Of a stretch of 64,000 nt of DNA, positions 1-12,807 are shown in pieces. Both the position numbers and the translations under genes were made by a program. The notes beneath the pieces are model-generated. The model saw only the letters and a list, made by a program, of their open reading frames with translations, ran no database searches and was not told where the DNA came from. How positions within the stretch are numbered: position 1 is the stretch's first letter; each line of letters starts with the position of its first letter. The stretch covers positions 15,836,383-15,900,382 of the forward strand of contig NC_068993.1 in NCBI RefSeq assembly GCF_001194135.2, in the 5' to 3' direction. Source of the DNA: Octopus bimaculoides (Eukaryota).

Positions 1-289
1 TATATGCATATGTACACAAACATACTTTTATACATACAAATATACTCACACAGCAGCATATACGTGTATGTGTGTGTATGTGTATGTGTGTGTTTGTGTG
101 TTGTGTGTGTATGTGTGTATGTGTATATGTGTGTGTGTATGTATGTGTATGTGTGCGTGTGTGTGTTCTTACTATTTGCCATTATTTTTTTGCTTCTTTG
201 CTCGATAACTCTTCATTTTACGTTGCCGATATCTTTTATCATCGTAATTATTTTCAAGTCAGGTGTAGTACATTAGAAGAGTTCTTGGA

Positions 290-500
290 GGTCATCGGAG
301 ACTATTACCATTAGCATTTGTCCCGATTCTTTACGTTCGGGTTTCAAATTCCGCCCGGAGCCAATCTTGGGTTTTCATTCAGGGTCGATAAAATAAAGCC
401 CCAGTCATGAACTGAGGGTGATTTAATCGACTTCTACCCCCCCCCCCCNNNNNNNNNNCACACACAAATTTCCGGCATCGCTGTTATATTAGAAACTAGT
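290..500 (+). mobile_element. Degenerate family-C SINE
   Basis: TTTCAAATTCCGCC B-box region followed by GGTCGATAAAATAAAG...TTAATCGACTT, matching the younger family-C copies in this window. Confidence 0.6.
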
Positions 501-616
501 TTAATTAGTAACTAGCTTGCAGGCTTGCTCCTGCGAAGAGCTAATTGGGATTGCAGACCAACACTAAGGAGAGCGATAGTAATAAGGCATTTATTGGTAC
601 CCTACCAATATGGCAG

Positions 617-923
617 TGGAGGCGCAATGGCTCAGTGTTTAGGGCAGCGGATTCGCGGTCATAGGATCGCGGTTTCGATTCCCAGACCAGACATGGTGAG
701 TGTTTATTGAGCGAAAACACCGAAAGCTCCACGAGGCTCCGGCAGGGGATGGTGGTGAACTCTGCTGTACTCTTTCACCACAACTTTCTCTCACTCTTAC
801 TTCCTGTTTCTGTTGTGCCTGTAATTCAAAGGGTCAACCTTGTCACACTCTGTGTCACGCTAAATATCCCCGAGAACTACGTTAAGGGTACACGTGTCTG
901 TGGAGTGGTCAGCCTCTTGCACG
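617..923 (+). mobile_element. Family-A tRNA-derived SINE (OR1-like, tentative name), 3' end lost in gap
   Basis: Head TGGAGGCGCAATGGCTCAGTG with A box and B box GTTTCGATTCC; near-identical to 33391-33773 and to the reverse complement of 15907-16292. Confidence 0.9.
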
Positions 924-1220
924 NNNNNNNNNNNNNNNNNNNNNNNNNNNNNNNNNNNNNNNNNNNNNNNNNNNNNNNNNNNNNNNNNNNNNNNNNNNNN
1001 NNNNNNNNNNNNNNNNNNNNNNNNNNNNNNNNNNNNNNNNNNNNNNNNNNNNNNNNNNNNNNNNNNNNNNNNNNNNNNNNNNNNNNNNNNNNNNNNNNNN
1101 NNNNNNNNNNNNNNNNNNNNNNNNNNNNNNNNNNNNNNNNNNNNNNNNNNNNNNNNNNNNNNNNNNNNNNNNNNNNNNNNNNNNNNNNNNNNNNNNNNNN
1201 NNNNNNNNNNNNNNNNNNNN

Positions 1221-1375
1221 TATTCACGTAACTTAGCGGTTCGGTAAAAGAGACCAATAAAAATAGAGTCCCAGGGATAAAAAAGAAAGAACTGGTGCCG
1301 ATTTGTTTGATTAAGATTCTCCAAGGTGGTGCTCCAGCGTGGCCGAAGTTTGATGACTAAAAAAATATAAAAGAA
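1221..1375 (+). mobile_element. Family-B SINE, 3' half
   Basis: CTTAGCGGTTCGGTAAAAGAGACC...GGTGCTCCAGCGTGGCCG matches the 3' half of the full copy at 7977-8410. Confidence 0.8.
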
Positions 1376-2324
1376 ACACTAAATTCCTTTGTAAAATTAA
1401 AGCTAAGCGAGATAACTCTTGCACCTTTAACGGTTTCTTTACCTGCTAGAAATAGCAACCCAACTGCTTTTAAATTAAATCCCAATGCTGGATGTTCATG
1501 ATCCAAATGAAGGACAGATTTTCAATCCTGGGATCATCCTGAATTCACGAAGGTATAATATGTCTATGTAGAGCAAATGTAGACTGAAAAAGAAGACTCC
1601 CAGACAGACAGAGTTACGTTTTTATTAATATAGGTGACTATTGTCATAATTCAAAGAAGCCAGAAAACCTAGATTACTTCACTAGATATCTTATCGCTTT
1701 TGTTCACCCGACCGTGGCGCTGAGTAGGTGTATTGAATCATTATGTTCGGAGTTCAAAAAGCCGAAATCGTCCTTACCTTTAATCCTCTCCCGAAGTTGC
1801 AAAGATAAAGATCATATACTTCTCATATACTTGGGATGATTCTACGGTTTGCTGAAGACATAAATAGGTATGCAGTTGCTAGTGGTTCATGCATTCACTC
1901 AAAGTCTCCGGAAATGAAATTTTAAAATCCGGGCTTCCAATGTACTAGGGATCTCCAGCAGATCCCTTGGTCGATTTATAGGCTGCTTCGGTAAAAAAAA
2001 AAAGAAAGAAAGATAGAAATGAAAATAACATTCCGCACATGCTAAGCTACTACATATCTACTTAAAAAAATAAAATCACAACTGGTATATGAGACCCATT
2101 GAAAATTGGATACGCCTAAGCGATTGACGTAGAGTTTCTTGTCTAAGCATCTGACCTCTTGTNNNNNNNNNNATCTGACCTCTTGTGCACAGACGAACTC
2201 CCATTCCTTCTATAGGTCATTCTCGGTTTCCCTTTACTACTTCCCCTTTCCGCTCTCTCCATCTCTACACGTCTTATCACTATTGGCACTAACACAGTGG
2301 CTTCTGCCTCTCGGGGCTAAGCTA

Positions 2325-2458
2325 TTGCATTTGATTCCCAACCACATGCTTCTGGGTTCGGTCCCACTGTGTGGCACCTTGGATTAGCATCTTCTACTAT
2401 AGCTTCGGGCCAACCAGAAGCTTGTGAGAGGATTTCGTAGAGAGAAACAGAAAGAAAC
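2325..2458 (+). mobile_element. Family-B SINE, 5' half, runs into gap
   Basis: CCACATGCTTCTGGGTTCGGTCCCACTGTGTGGCACCTTGG...CTACTATAGC matches family-B head. Confidence 0.8.
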
Positions 2459-2807
2459 NNNNNNNNNNNNNNNNNNNNNNNNNNNNNNNNNNNNNNNNNN
2501 NNNNNNNNNNNNNNNNNNNNNNNNNNNNNNNNNNNNNNNNNNNNNNNNNNNNNNNNNNNNNNNNNNNNNNNNNNNNNNNNNNNNNNNNNNNNNNNNNNNN
2601 NNNNNNNNNNNNNNNNNNNNNNNNNNNNNNNNNNNNNNNNNNNNNNNNNNNNNNNNNNNNNNNNNNNNNNNNNNNNNNNNNNNNNNNNNNNNNNNNNNGC
2701 GTGTGTATGTATGTATTCCGCGACTAAACAGATTAACGAAAAGAATTAACGAAACCATGGTATAAGCTATTAAATGATAGACTGTAGATGGTATTGATCT
2801 TTAATAT

Positions 2808-3013
2808 TGATTTCAAAATTTGGTACAAGTTCGGGATTTGGTGAGCTAAGTCGATTATATCGCCCCCAATAATTCACTGGCACTTATAATATCGACCCCG
2901 AAAGGATAAAAGGTAAAGTCGACCTCAGCGTAACTTGAACTCAGAACACGGAGATTGACAAAATGCCGTTAAGTATTTGCCTGTCAAGCTAATGACTCAG
3001 CCAGCTCGCCACC
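2808..3013 (-). mobile_element. Family-C SINE (C2 tail), diverged
   Basis: ATCGACCCCGAAAGGATAAAAGGTAAAGTCGACCTC...CCAGCTCGCC is the reverse complement of the family-C core and head. Confidence 0.85.
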
Positions 3014-3679
3014 TTAAACTGAACTTTAATATTACATCGTGAAAATGTCATGATTTCTATTAAAGCTCTCGTATAATGTTGAGTCTAATTTTGCAGTACG
3101 TTATAACAATATTATACACTAGCCACCTATGTATCATATTTAATGTATATACACCGCTGATATCCCAGTCACTGCCTATGCCTCGTGGAATATCGTCTCT
3201 TTTGGATGTCCGTAAGAGATGATGTCTTACCACGAATACCGCAGTAACTGTCGCATCAACAGCGTATATACATTATTTATGATACGTAGATGTCTTTTTT
3301 AATTTAATACAGCCTCAACTGCATATACCGAATATTATACAGTATATAAATTTTGAAAGAAACTATGCGTTATATCAACGAATCTGCCGTATCTCTGTAA
3401 TAGTTGATTATCATATTACAGTCAGCGAGTTTTGTTATAGTATATTCTCTAATCGTATTATATTTTTACATGTTACACTTGCATGAATAGTCATGAATAA
3501 ATGATGCTGTTTAAGTGAACATCTATACATTATTAAACGATTCTACTATTGAAAACATTAGTTAAATGACAGTGCATATATTTTCATGAATAAATTGAAA
3601 CCAAACTCCGCAGAAACTAACCATAGTCTAGGTCGGTAAAAATCTGTGAATAAAGTTTGGTGATGTACACATGGCAGAC

Positions 3680-3850
3680 TGGTTAAAAAGTTTGATTCAC
3701 AAACTTGGATTCTCGTTGAATTTCACTGCAGAGCACCTTAGGTAGAAGTTTTCTCCTCTTGGGCCAGACAGGCCAATTGCCTCGTGATTAAATTTGGTAC
3801 ATGGAAACTGTATGGAAACCTATCTGGAAATGTGTCAAGGCCGACAGGAA
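3680..3850 (+). mobile_element. Old degenerate family-B-like SINE fragment
   Basis: GAGCACCTTAGGTAGAAG...AATTTGGTACATGGAAACTGT weakly matches the family-B 5' half. Confidence 0.4.
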
Positions 3851-4469
3851 GCGGTGCAGTTTCCTACGTCTACCCAACAGTAGTATTATTCCCTTCAGGG
3901 GACTGTCACATTAAGTTGACAGTATACAACTACTCCATCGTATTACTACTGCATAAATCTCTCTGAGAGATTTAGAAATGTATTATTTCTAAACATATAT
4001 GTCTGTATGTCTGTCTCTATGCGTGAGTGGGTGTATGTATGTATGCATGTATGTATGTATGCATGTATGTATGTATGCATGTATGTCACATACACTTGTA
4101 TATGTAATGTTTGCATGAACCTATACGAGCATGTATTTCTATCTGTGTTTTACCTATTTACCGCTTAACAACTGGTGCTAGTTTGTTTATTTCCCTCTAG
4201 ATTACCTGCTGGGCAAAAAGACGCACATCAAATAATTATCGGCCATAATACAAGTTCTGGAGAAGGTTTGATTGACTTAAGACTTCATGACAGGGTCCTG
4301 GCACTGAATGTAGTCCAATGTCAGAAACAATTAAAAGAATTAAATCTTCACATGCTCTCCTCATGAGTAGATGAGTTCTTACGCATCATGCAACGTCATT
4401 ATTTGCGGATGAAAATGAAAATATTTTTAAGTATGCATGTATGTATGCATGTATGGATCTCTCTCTCTT

Positions 4470-4518
<49 letters not shown>

Positions 4519-5105
4519 NNNNNNNNNNNNNNNNNNNNNNNNNNNNNNNNNNNNNNNNNNNNNNNNNNNNNNNNNNNNNNNNNNNNNNNNNNNNNNNNNN
4601 NNNNNNNNNNNNNNNNNNNNNNNNNNNNNNNNNNNNNNNNNNNNNNNNNNNNNNNNNNNNNNNNNNNNNNNNNNNNNNNNNNNNNNNNNNNNNNNNNNNN
4701 NNNNNNNNNNNNNNNNNNNNNNNNNNNNNNNNNNNNNNNNNNNNNNNNNNNNNNNNNNNNNNNNNNNNNNNNNNNNNNNNNNNNNNNNNNNNNNNNNNNN
4801 NNNNNNNNNNNNNNNNNNNNNNNNNNNNNNNNNNNNNNNNNNNNNNNNNNNNNNNNNNNNNNNNNNNNNNNNNNNNNNNNNNNNNNNNNNNNNNNNNNNN
4901 NNNNNNNNNNNNNNNNNNNNNNNNNNNNNNNNNNNNNNNNNNNNNNNNNNNNNNNNNNNNNNNNNNNNNNNNNNNNNNNNNNNNNNNNNNNNNNNNNNNN
5001 NNNNNNNNNNNNNNNNNNNNNNNNNNNNNNNNNNNNNNNNNNNNNNNNNNNNNNNNNNNNNNNNNNNNNNNNNNNNNNNNNNNNNNNNNNNNNNNNNNNN
5101 NNNNN

Positions 5106-5142
<37 letters not shown>

Positions 5143-5589
5143 CCTTACTTCACCCTATTGTTTACTGAACATTTAGACAAGTATTTAATTAGTGTAATTC
5201 AATTACAGTGACAATAACATCCCAGTCTTCAACACGGTGATCACACCTTTTTTAGCAGTACCGTCAGGCATTGTTTTCAATGGGTTTAGTCTGAACGAAG
5301 AAAATAAAGCAAAGCCATCCTCAAAGGAATTGAAATATATATTCTATTACATTTATTATTTTAGCTGTTCCTAATCAATGAAGTGCAAACATGTGATGAC
5401 GTCGGATTCAAATATCCAATCTATGATATGAACCACCCAGTACTTATTTCAATCTTATTTCAACGAATTTGGATCAAACTGTTTTGATCCATACATGTAA
5501 CTCCCAATAAATTGGTTGAGTGCCTTTCTTTAGTTTGTCCACTCACTTGTGTGTGTGTGTGTGTGTGTTTGTGTGTGACAGAGAATGTT

Positions 5590-5750
5590 CTACGGAATTC
5601 CTGTGTGTGAAATCTTAAATTCAGCACGCAAGCTTTTGGCCATCTCGTGCATATAGTTGAAAACACTTGCCCAAGGTTCCAACCACTGAAATCCGATCTT
5701 ATACGATATGGTTGCAGGGTGAATTACTTAACTTATACAACCATGTCTCC
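5590..5750 (-). mobile_element. Degenerate family-B SINE, 5' half
   Basis: TATAGTTGAAAACACTTGCCCAAGGTTCC is the reverse complement of the conserved CCTTGGGCAAGTGT motif. Confidence 0.6.
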
Positions 5751-6285
5751 AATACCATTACAAAATATAACAAATCTAAATAAAACGGTGTATATGTGTG
5801 TGGTTAAAAATGGCCCTCATGATTCATCCACGACGTAATTGCTTAGAAATATTGATTTTTCGAGAAAATTTTTTTTTTTTTTTTTATTTCATATATCTCA
5901 CGTAATATTTCACTGCAGATCATGAAGTATTTCATTTTTTTCTCTTGCATCAATGTAAATTTTTCGCAGCATAAATCGATAGTTAAGTATTGTTAAAATA
6001 ATAGATCTCAACACGAAGCACAGTTAGACCTTTCTGGAAATATTCGAGCGGTGCATTAGTAGAGTGGTTAGAGCGTAGTACAAAATGCCTCGTGGTAATT
6101 GTTCCGACTCTCTATATTTTGACTTCAAGTCTTACTGTTGATTTTGGATCGATAAATAAAGTAACACTCAAGTATAGGGACCGTTTTTCTTCCCTTCTTT
6201 TGGCCCTTCTTCTCTCCGGTGTGCCGCTGTCAAATAATTGAAACAAATAAAAGTATATCTCACTCTCTTTTGCCTCCTCCCCACA

Positions 6286-6290
<5 letters not shown>

Positions 6291-6366
<76 letters not shown>
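6291..6366. repeat. (TC)n microsatellite
   Basis: Perfect dinucleotide run. Confidence 0.98.
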
Positions 6367-6372
<6 letters not shown>

Positions 6373-7428
6373 TCAGCTTCTCTTGGGATAAGCTATGTTG
6401 AAATGTTTCAAGAAATAGCGTTTGCATTTCAACATTTCTAAACATTGAGCCACAAAATTTCTGGGCTTACTAAGAAAGAAGGAGCGAAAGTTTTTTAGCG
6501 AGAAATAATTGTAAATAATGGAGAATAATTACATGATTACTAGCCAATTAATGCATTTCACATAGACAACTCTACAACCTATTTCCTCAATTATTCGATA
6601 GGTCAGGGAAAGAAGATACCTCTATCCAACACAGAAATCATTACCACGAACGGTTGTCGTACCAATTCACTGCAACAGCCATGACATAGGAACTACTTCA
6701 TCGTCAGATAAACTATCTTTGCTCGTATACGACGTTTATAATTTTTTTAAAAATCATTCGTCGATTTACCAAGAATACCATTTGTCTTCATTGCTAAGAT
6801 TTAAAGAATACATATGTCTCATAACGAAGTACTTTTGCATCTTTTACCATCTTCGGGTTTCGTCAGCGCACTTTGTATAATTGGTGGGTGATTAGAGTCT
6901 TCCTGAAAGATCTGTTGTCTTGTTCCAATAATAGTAATAGTAGAAAATAATTTCCTAATGTTTCAAGCTAGTAAGCTTACATCAGTTTTCAAGTAGTAGC
7001 TCATATCTGGTTATGATCAACTGCTGGGATATTAAGGTATTGAAATCATGCGTATGTTAAAGTCATCAGTTATTCGCCCTATAACATGGGCGAGAGTCTT
7101 TCAATCTGCTTGAGTTTGCGTGAGAATTTTTCCTCTCAGTCCCACACCAAATGACGTCCTATTTTCTTATAACAGGATACGTTTGATTAAGTAGTACACT
7201 CTGCCCAAAACAAGAGAGTATATTCACTCAGGGTAACTTTGGGAGCCAAACAAAATCCAACAAAAATAACAACGGTGTGAATTTCTTGGCCGATTGTTTG
7301 CTATATGATATGTATTCGACTGTTACGCTCTCAGGAGAGGAATATCAGCTAAAGAAGTTAGACAGGTAAGTTGTTTAACAGCAAAGGAATGGGAAGACGA
7401 AAATGTTACTCAGCGAGAAGGGTCAACG

Positions 7429-7470
<42 letters not shown>

Positions 7471-7935
7471 GAGAAGAAAAATAATAGAAGACATGTTATG
7501 CTTCATATTTATTATGTCGTTATTAACACTAGTTTTCTCACGGACAATTTGCGGATGCAATTCCTACCAATGAAAAGTAAGACATACGGAACAATAACAG
7601 GTTTATGGGATCATCAACAGAGAATGTACACTATACTGGTACCTAGCGGTCGAGACTCTTGGTTCTCTCTCCAATTCCTTTGTCAATGGTATAGATCGAT
7701 TTTTTCTAGATCAATTGATTACCAGCCTTGACTCGTTTTCAAGCCATTTCTCATTTCTTTTTAGTCAAATCTAGTGGTTTACTCTCTCTCTTTCTCTCTC
7801 TCTATCTCTCTCTCTCTCTCTCTCTNNNNNNNNNNNNNNNNNNNNNNNNNNNNNNNNNNNNNNNNNNNNNNNNNNNNNNNNNNNNNNNNNNNNNNNNNNN
7901 NNNNNNNNNNNNNNNNNNNNNNNNNNNNNNNNNNN

Positions 7936-7974
<39 letters not shown>

Positions 7975-7976
7975 AC

Positions 7977-8166
7977 GGAGGCGCAGGAGTGGCTGTGTGG
8001 TAAGTAGCTTGCTTAACAACCACATGGTTCCGGGTTCAGTCCCACTGCGTGGCACCTTGGGCGAGTGTCTTCATCTATAGCCTCGGGCTGACCAAAGCAT
8101 TGTGAGTAGATTTGGTAGACGGAAACAGAAAGAATCCCGTCGTATATAGGTGTATATATATATATG

Positions 8167-8207
<41 letters not shown>

Positions 8208-8410
8208 TTATGTTTGTGTGTGTCTGTCCATCCAACATCGCTTGACAATCGACGGTGGTGTGTTTGCGTCCCCGTAACGTAGCGGTTCGGCAAAAGTGAC
8301 CGCTAGAACAACTACTAGGCTTACAAAAAATAAGCCCTAGGGTAGATTTGCTCAACTAAATGCGGTGCTCCAGCATGGCCGCAGTATGAAACAAGTAAAA
8401 GAGTAAAAAG
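7977..8410 (+). mobile_element. Full-length family-B tRNA-derived SINE (OK-like, tentative name) with internal (TA)n(TG)n
   Basis: A box TGGCTGTGTGG, CTT anticodon-like loop, B box GGTTCAGTCCC, internal microsatellite, tail CCAGCATGGCCGCAG...AAACAAGTAAAAGAG; mirrored by 34662-35112. Confidence 0.92.
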
Positions 8411-8430
8411 TATATGCATGTGTGTATACA

Positions 8431-8589
8431 CGACAGGCTTCTTTCAGTTTCTGTCAACCAAATCCACTCACTAGACATCAGCGGGCAAGAGGTTACGGTA
8501 GAAAACCACTTACCCCAGGTGACATACGGGGAGACTGTACTTGGAACTACGTAGTTGTGAAGCAAGCTTCCTACCACCCAGCCACGCCT
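8431..8589 (-). mobile_element. Family-B SINE, 5' half, inverted relative to 7977-8410
   Basis: CGACAGGCTTCTTTCAGTTTCTGTCAACCAAATCCACTCAC...CCACCCAGCCACGCCT. Confidence 0.8.
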
Positions 8590-9368
8590 ATTATATATAT
8601 TTTTATCTATTTACCTGTACATTTACGCATCTCTTTACCCACAATCCTATTTATCTTCGCGTTTATTCCAACTTCCATTTATCACTTCACTCTATGAGTC
8701 TATTTATCACAATTTCCATCTTGATATATTTTGCTTCTATGTATGTTTCTGTGTTTGTTATTACTGATTCTCCATATGTCTCCCTCAACAAATTCTAGCT
8801 GTATTTTTATATCAGCATTACCCTACCCTGTGTAATATACCAGCACGCACATAAACATGTGTGTATGTATATATATATATGTGTGTATGTGTGTGTGTAG
8901 GTATGTATGTATATATACACATGTATATATATATATATATATATATATATNNNNNNNNNNNNNNNNNNNNNNNNNNNNNNNNNNNNNNNNNNNNNNNNNN
9001 NNNNNNNNNNNNNNNNNNNNNNNNNNNNNNNNNNNNNNNNNNNNNNNNNNNNNNNNNNNNNNNNNNNNNNNNNNNNNNNNNNNNNNNNNNNNNNNNNNNN
9101 NNNNNNNNNNNNNNNNNNNNNNNNNNNNNNNNNNNNNNNNNNNNNNNNNNNNNNNNNNNNNNNNNNNNNNNNNNNNNNNNNNNNNNNNNNNNNNNNNNNN
9201 NNNNNNNNNNNNNNNNNNNNNNNNNNNNNNNNNNNNNNNNNNNNNNNNNNNNNNNNNNNNNNNNNNNNNNNNNNNNNNNNNNNNNNNNNNNNNNNNNNNN
9301 NNNNNNNNNNNNNNNNNNNNNNNNNNNNNNNNNNNNNNNNNNNNNNNNNNNNNNNNNNNNNNNNNNNN

Positions 9369-9401
<33 letters not shown>

Positions 9402-10272
9402 AGTATGTATATATGAATATATATATGCAAGTTTGTGTTTATGTATATATATATATATACATATATGTGTGTCCAAGTGTATGTGTGTGTGTGTGTGTGT
9501 TGTATATACATATATACATGTATGTATGTATATGTATACAGAGAAAGTGTGAGAGAAAGAGAGAAAACGGGAGAGTGAGATAAAGAAAGAAAACGGGAGA
9601 GTGAGAGAGATATTTGCTCAAAAATATCTATGCATATATATAATATACATTCCTATGTTCATACATAAATGTATACACACACGCACACACCCATATGTGT
9701 GTATACAATTTGTGAATTTTTTTATAGTAGCGTACGTAAGTATACATCTTTATGTGTGTGTAATACGTGTTTGTATGTATTCATGTATGAAAATATATGC
9801 ATATATATATATATATATAAATTTATGCATTTAGTAATTATGTAGTATGTATATACATATATATATATTGAAATATGTATATATTCTGTGCATTCGAATG
9901 TGTGTTTGTTTGTGTATGCATGTATGTATGTATGTATGTATGTATGTATGTATGTATGTATGTGCGTGTGCATGTGGGTGTGAAAACTAGAATAATCATA
10001 TAGAATTAGTTGTGAAAATTCCTGGAGATTTTGTCACAGTTGTCAGCGTTTCCATCACTTAACCACCATTTTCGAAGAATGGGAATGTATATAGAGAACT
10101 TAACCACAAGCAATTATCAATTCTCTCAAAAGTTTTGCTTACTTTCTCCCGAAGAAGACAAATGGAAGGAAACATCGTGAGTAGGAATGGTGAAATACCA
10201 TTAACGCTAAAAAGAAACGGAAAACAGTAAAAAATATTTATATATATATATGATTTATACTTATAGAGTCTA

Positions 10273-10309
10273 AAAGAAAGTAAAAAAGAAAGAAAGAATG
10301 AATGAATGA

Positions 10310-10341
<32 letters not shown>

Positions 10342-10427
10342 AGGAAAGAAAGAAAGGAAGAATGAAAGAAAGAAAGAAAGAAAGAAAGAAAGAAGGAAAG
10401 AAAGAAAGAAGGAAAGAAAGAAAGAAA
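10273..10427. repeat. (GAAA)n/(GAAG)n polypurine tetranucleotide repeat
   Basis: Direct reading. Confidence 0.97.
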
Positions 10428-10970
10428 CATAAAGACTACGTACTTTCACCACAAGCGAGAATTCGCAACATACTTATGCTTTTGTGCTAACAAACAAACA
10501 CGTACAGATACATAGAACACACATAGGTACACACACTCATACCGAAACACACTGGTGTATATGTACATAATATGACACACACAAGCTGTCATATACTAAG
10601 ACACAAACACCCACACACACTCATATATTTGCGTACACAAGTGTGTGCGTGTGTACATGCGTTTGTGTTCATACATGTATANNNNNNNNNNNNNNNNNNN
10701 NNNNNNNNNNNNNNNNNNNNNNNNNNNNNNNNNNNNNNNNNNNNNNNNNNNNNNNNNNNNNNNNNNNNNNNNNNNNNNNNNNNNNNNNNNNNNNNNNNNN
10801 NNNNNNNNNNNNNNNNNNNNNNNNNNNNNNNNNNNNNNNNNNNNNNNNNNNNNNNNNNNNNNNNNNNNNNNNNNNNNNNNNNNNNNNNNNNNNNNNNNNN
10901 NNNNNNNNNNNNNNNNNNNNNNNNNNNNNNNNNNNNNNNNNNNNNNNNNNNNNNNNNNNNNNNNNNNNNN

Positions 10971-11057
<87 letters not shown>

Positions 11058-11567
11058 TTATAGACATATAGATAGATAGATAGAGATATGTATATTTTTA
11101 TCTATCAATATATATATATATATATATATTTATACCATATATACATGGATACATGTATGCATATGCGTTTGGGTGTATATGCATGTCTGAGTATTATGCA
11201 TAAATATATGTAAGTGGGTGTCTATGCATGTAATGTATAATTTCTATATACATTGACTTGTGTTCATCTGTATAAACATAAATATACATATATATATACA
11301 TGTATGTAATTATTAAAGATTATATGACTTATAGTGTGTAAATTTTCTATCACATTTTATTTTGTATATTTTTTACTGCTCAGATTTTTTACTTCAAGAA
11401 TATAGTTTTCTTATTTTATTTTTCTTCCATTTTGTTTGATTCATCGGTTACATTTTCAAACGGTTGAAATCGTCTTTGAAATTGAACGTATTTATTTTAG
11501 TATTTATTTATATTTAGTTATATATATATATAATACACACAGACACACACATATATATATACTCGTG

Positions 11568-11625
<58 letters not shown>

Positions 11626-11923
11626 CATGTATGAGTTAAAATCACAAATGTGTGTAGTTGTAAAAGCGACACCATATATGTCCTTGTTGAGTTGTTAGTG
11701 GCTATAGTTTTGTTGTCAACATAAAATACTTAGATATAGTGTCATAACAATGTTCATCCAATATACTAAAAAGAAAAGAAATAAAAAATGTGCAGAAATA
11801 CATAGATATGTGCATATAAGTAACATTGATAAGAACTAGATATGACGTAATTATGTAATTGGCGAAATGAGGTGTCGGTATGTTTGTCAACATATACACT
11901 CATACATACATACATACATACAC

Positions 11924-11975
<52 letters not shown>

Positions 11976-12187
11976 NNNNNNNNNNNNNNNNNNNNNNNNN
12001 NNNNNNNNNNNNNNNNNNNNNNNNNNNNNNNNNNNNNNNNNNNNNNNNNNNNNNNNNNNNNNNNNNNNNNNNNNNNNNNNNNNNNNNNNNNNNNNNNNNN
12101 NNNNNNNNNNNNNNNNNNNNNNNNNNNNNNNNNNNNNNNNNNNNNNNNNNNNNNNNNNNNNNNTATATATATCTGTGTGTGTATGTA

Positions 12188-12224
<37 letters not shown>

Positions 12225-12807
12225 CATATACAAAAATGGGACAAGAAGAAGGGACCACAAAACATCCAGATAGACGATACAAAGAAAATAAGGAGGGGTC
12301 ATTCGGAGTTTTGTATCCTCTGTCGAGTTCCAGATTATCTTTGCAATTTCGGCTGGTTATACTCGAGATTGCTCCAATCCGGCCAGCCCCAATGAAAAAT
12401 CTACGCTACGAGCATTAGATTTCCTGGAATCGAAAACAAGGGCGGGATAAAAAAAAAAACAGAGAAGTGTTACACAAATATAAAAGCAATTAACAGGACA
12501 TAACAACATGTGCCTTTTGACTAAGGACGAATTAAGTTAAGCTGCCACGTGTTGAAGCAAAGCCTTACGGCAGGAAGGATGTGTGTATTCAATCTCATCA
12601 CGCTCTTGCAGATTTGGACCTGAATGCGCTTGTTGCTGTGTTTCAGTAGCGAAAAGCATTTTCGTGTCCGCGTCCAATGCAACGTCTTTCGAATAAATAT
12701 ATATATACACATCATTGTTTTAATTCACGCAGTTTTCTTTGCTCATGACTATTTAGTATCAGTTTGACGAGTCTTATAACACAAGAACAAGTATTTTGTT
12801 TGCTTGG

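Noticed and set aside
617-690. tRNA-like sequences at SINE heads (also 7980, 33391, 38387, 39872)
   Set aside because: They have A and B boxes but no closed acceptor stem and continue into SINE bodies; not tRNA genes
2149-2186. 14-bp direct repeat ATCTGACCTCTTGT on both sides of a 10-N gap
   Set aside because: Typical unmerged contig overlap (assembly artefact), not a TSD or biological repeat
4175-4366. 63-aa ORF after a good acceptor (CCCTCTAG at 4200)
   Set aside because: No recognisable domain and no convincing donor; the opposite-strand exon option has stops
5470-5491. Small perfect hairpins (9-bp stem here; 8-bp stem at 1947-1967)
   Set aside because: Expected by chance in 64 kb of AT-rich DNA and too short for pre-miRNA
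5208-5500. Peptides DNNIPVF (cadherin-like) and LFLINEVQTCDDVGFKYP after acceptor-like sites
   Set aside because: The cadherin motif DxNDNxPxF is not met and no donors fit
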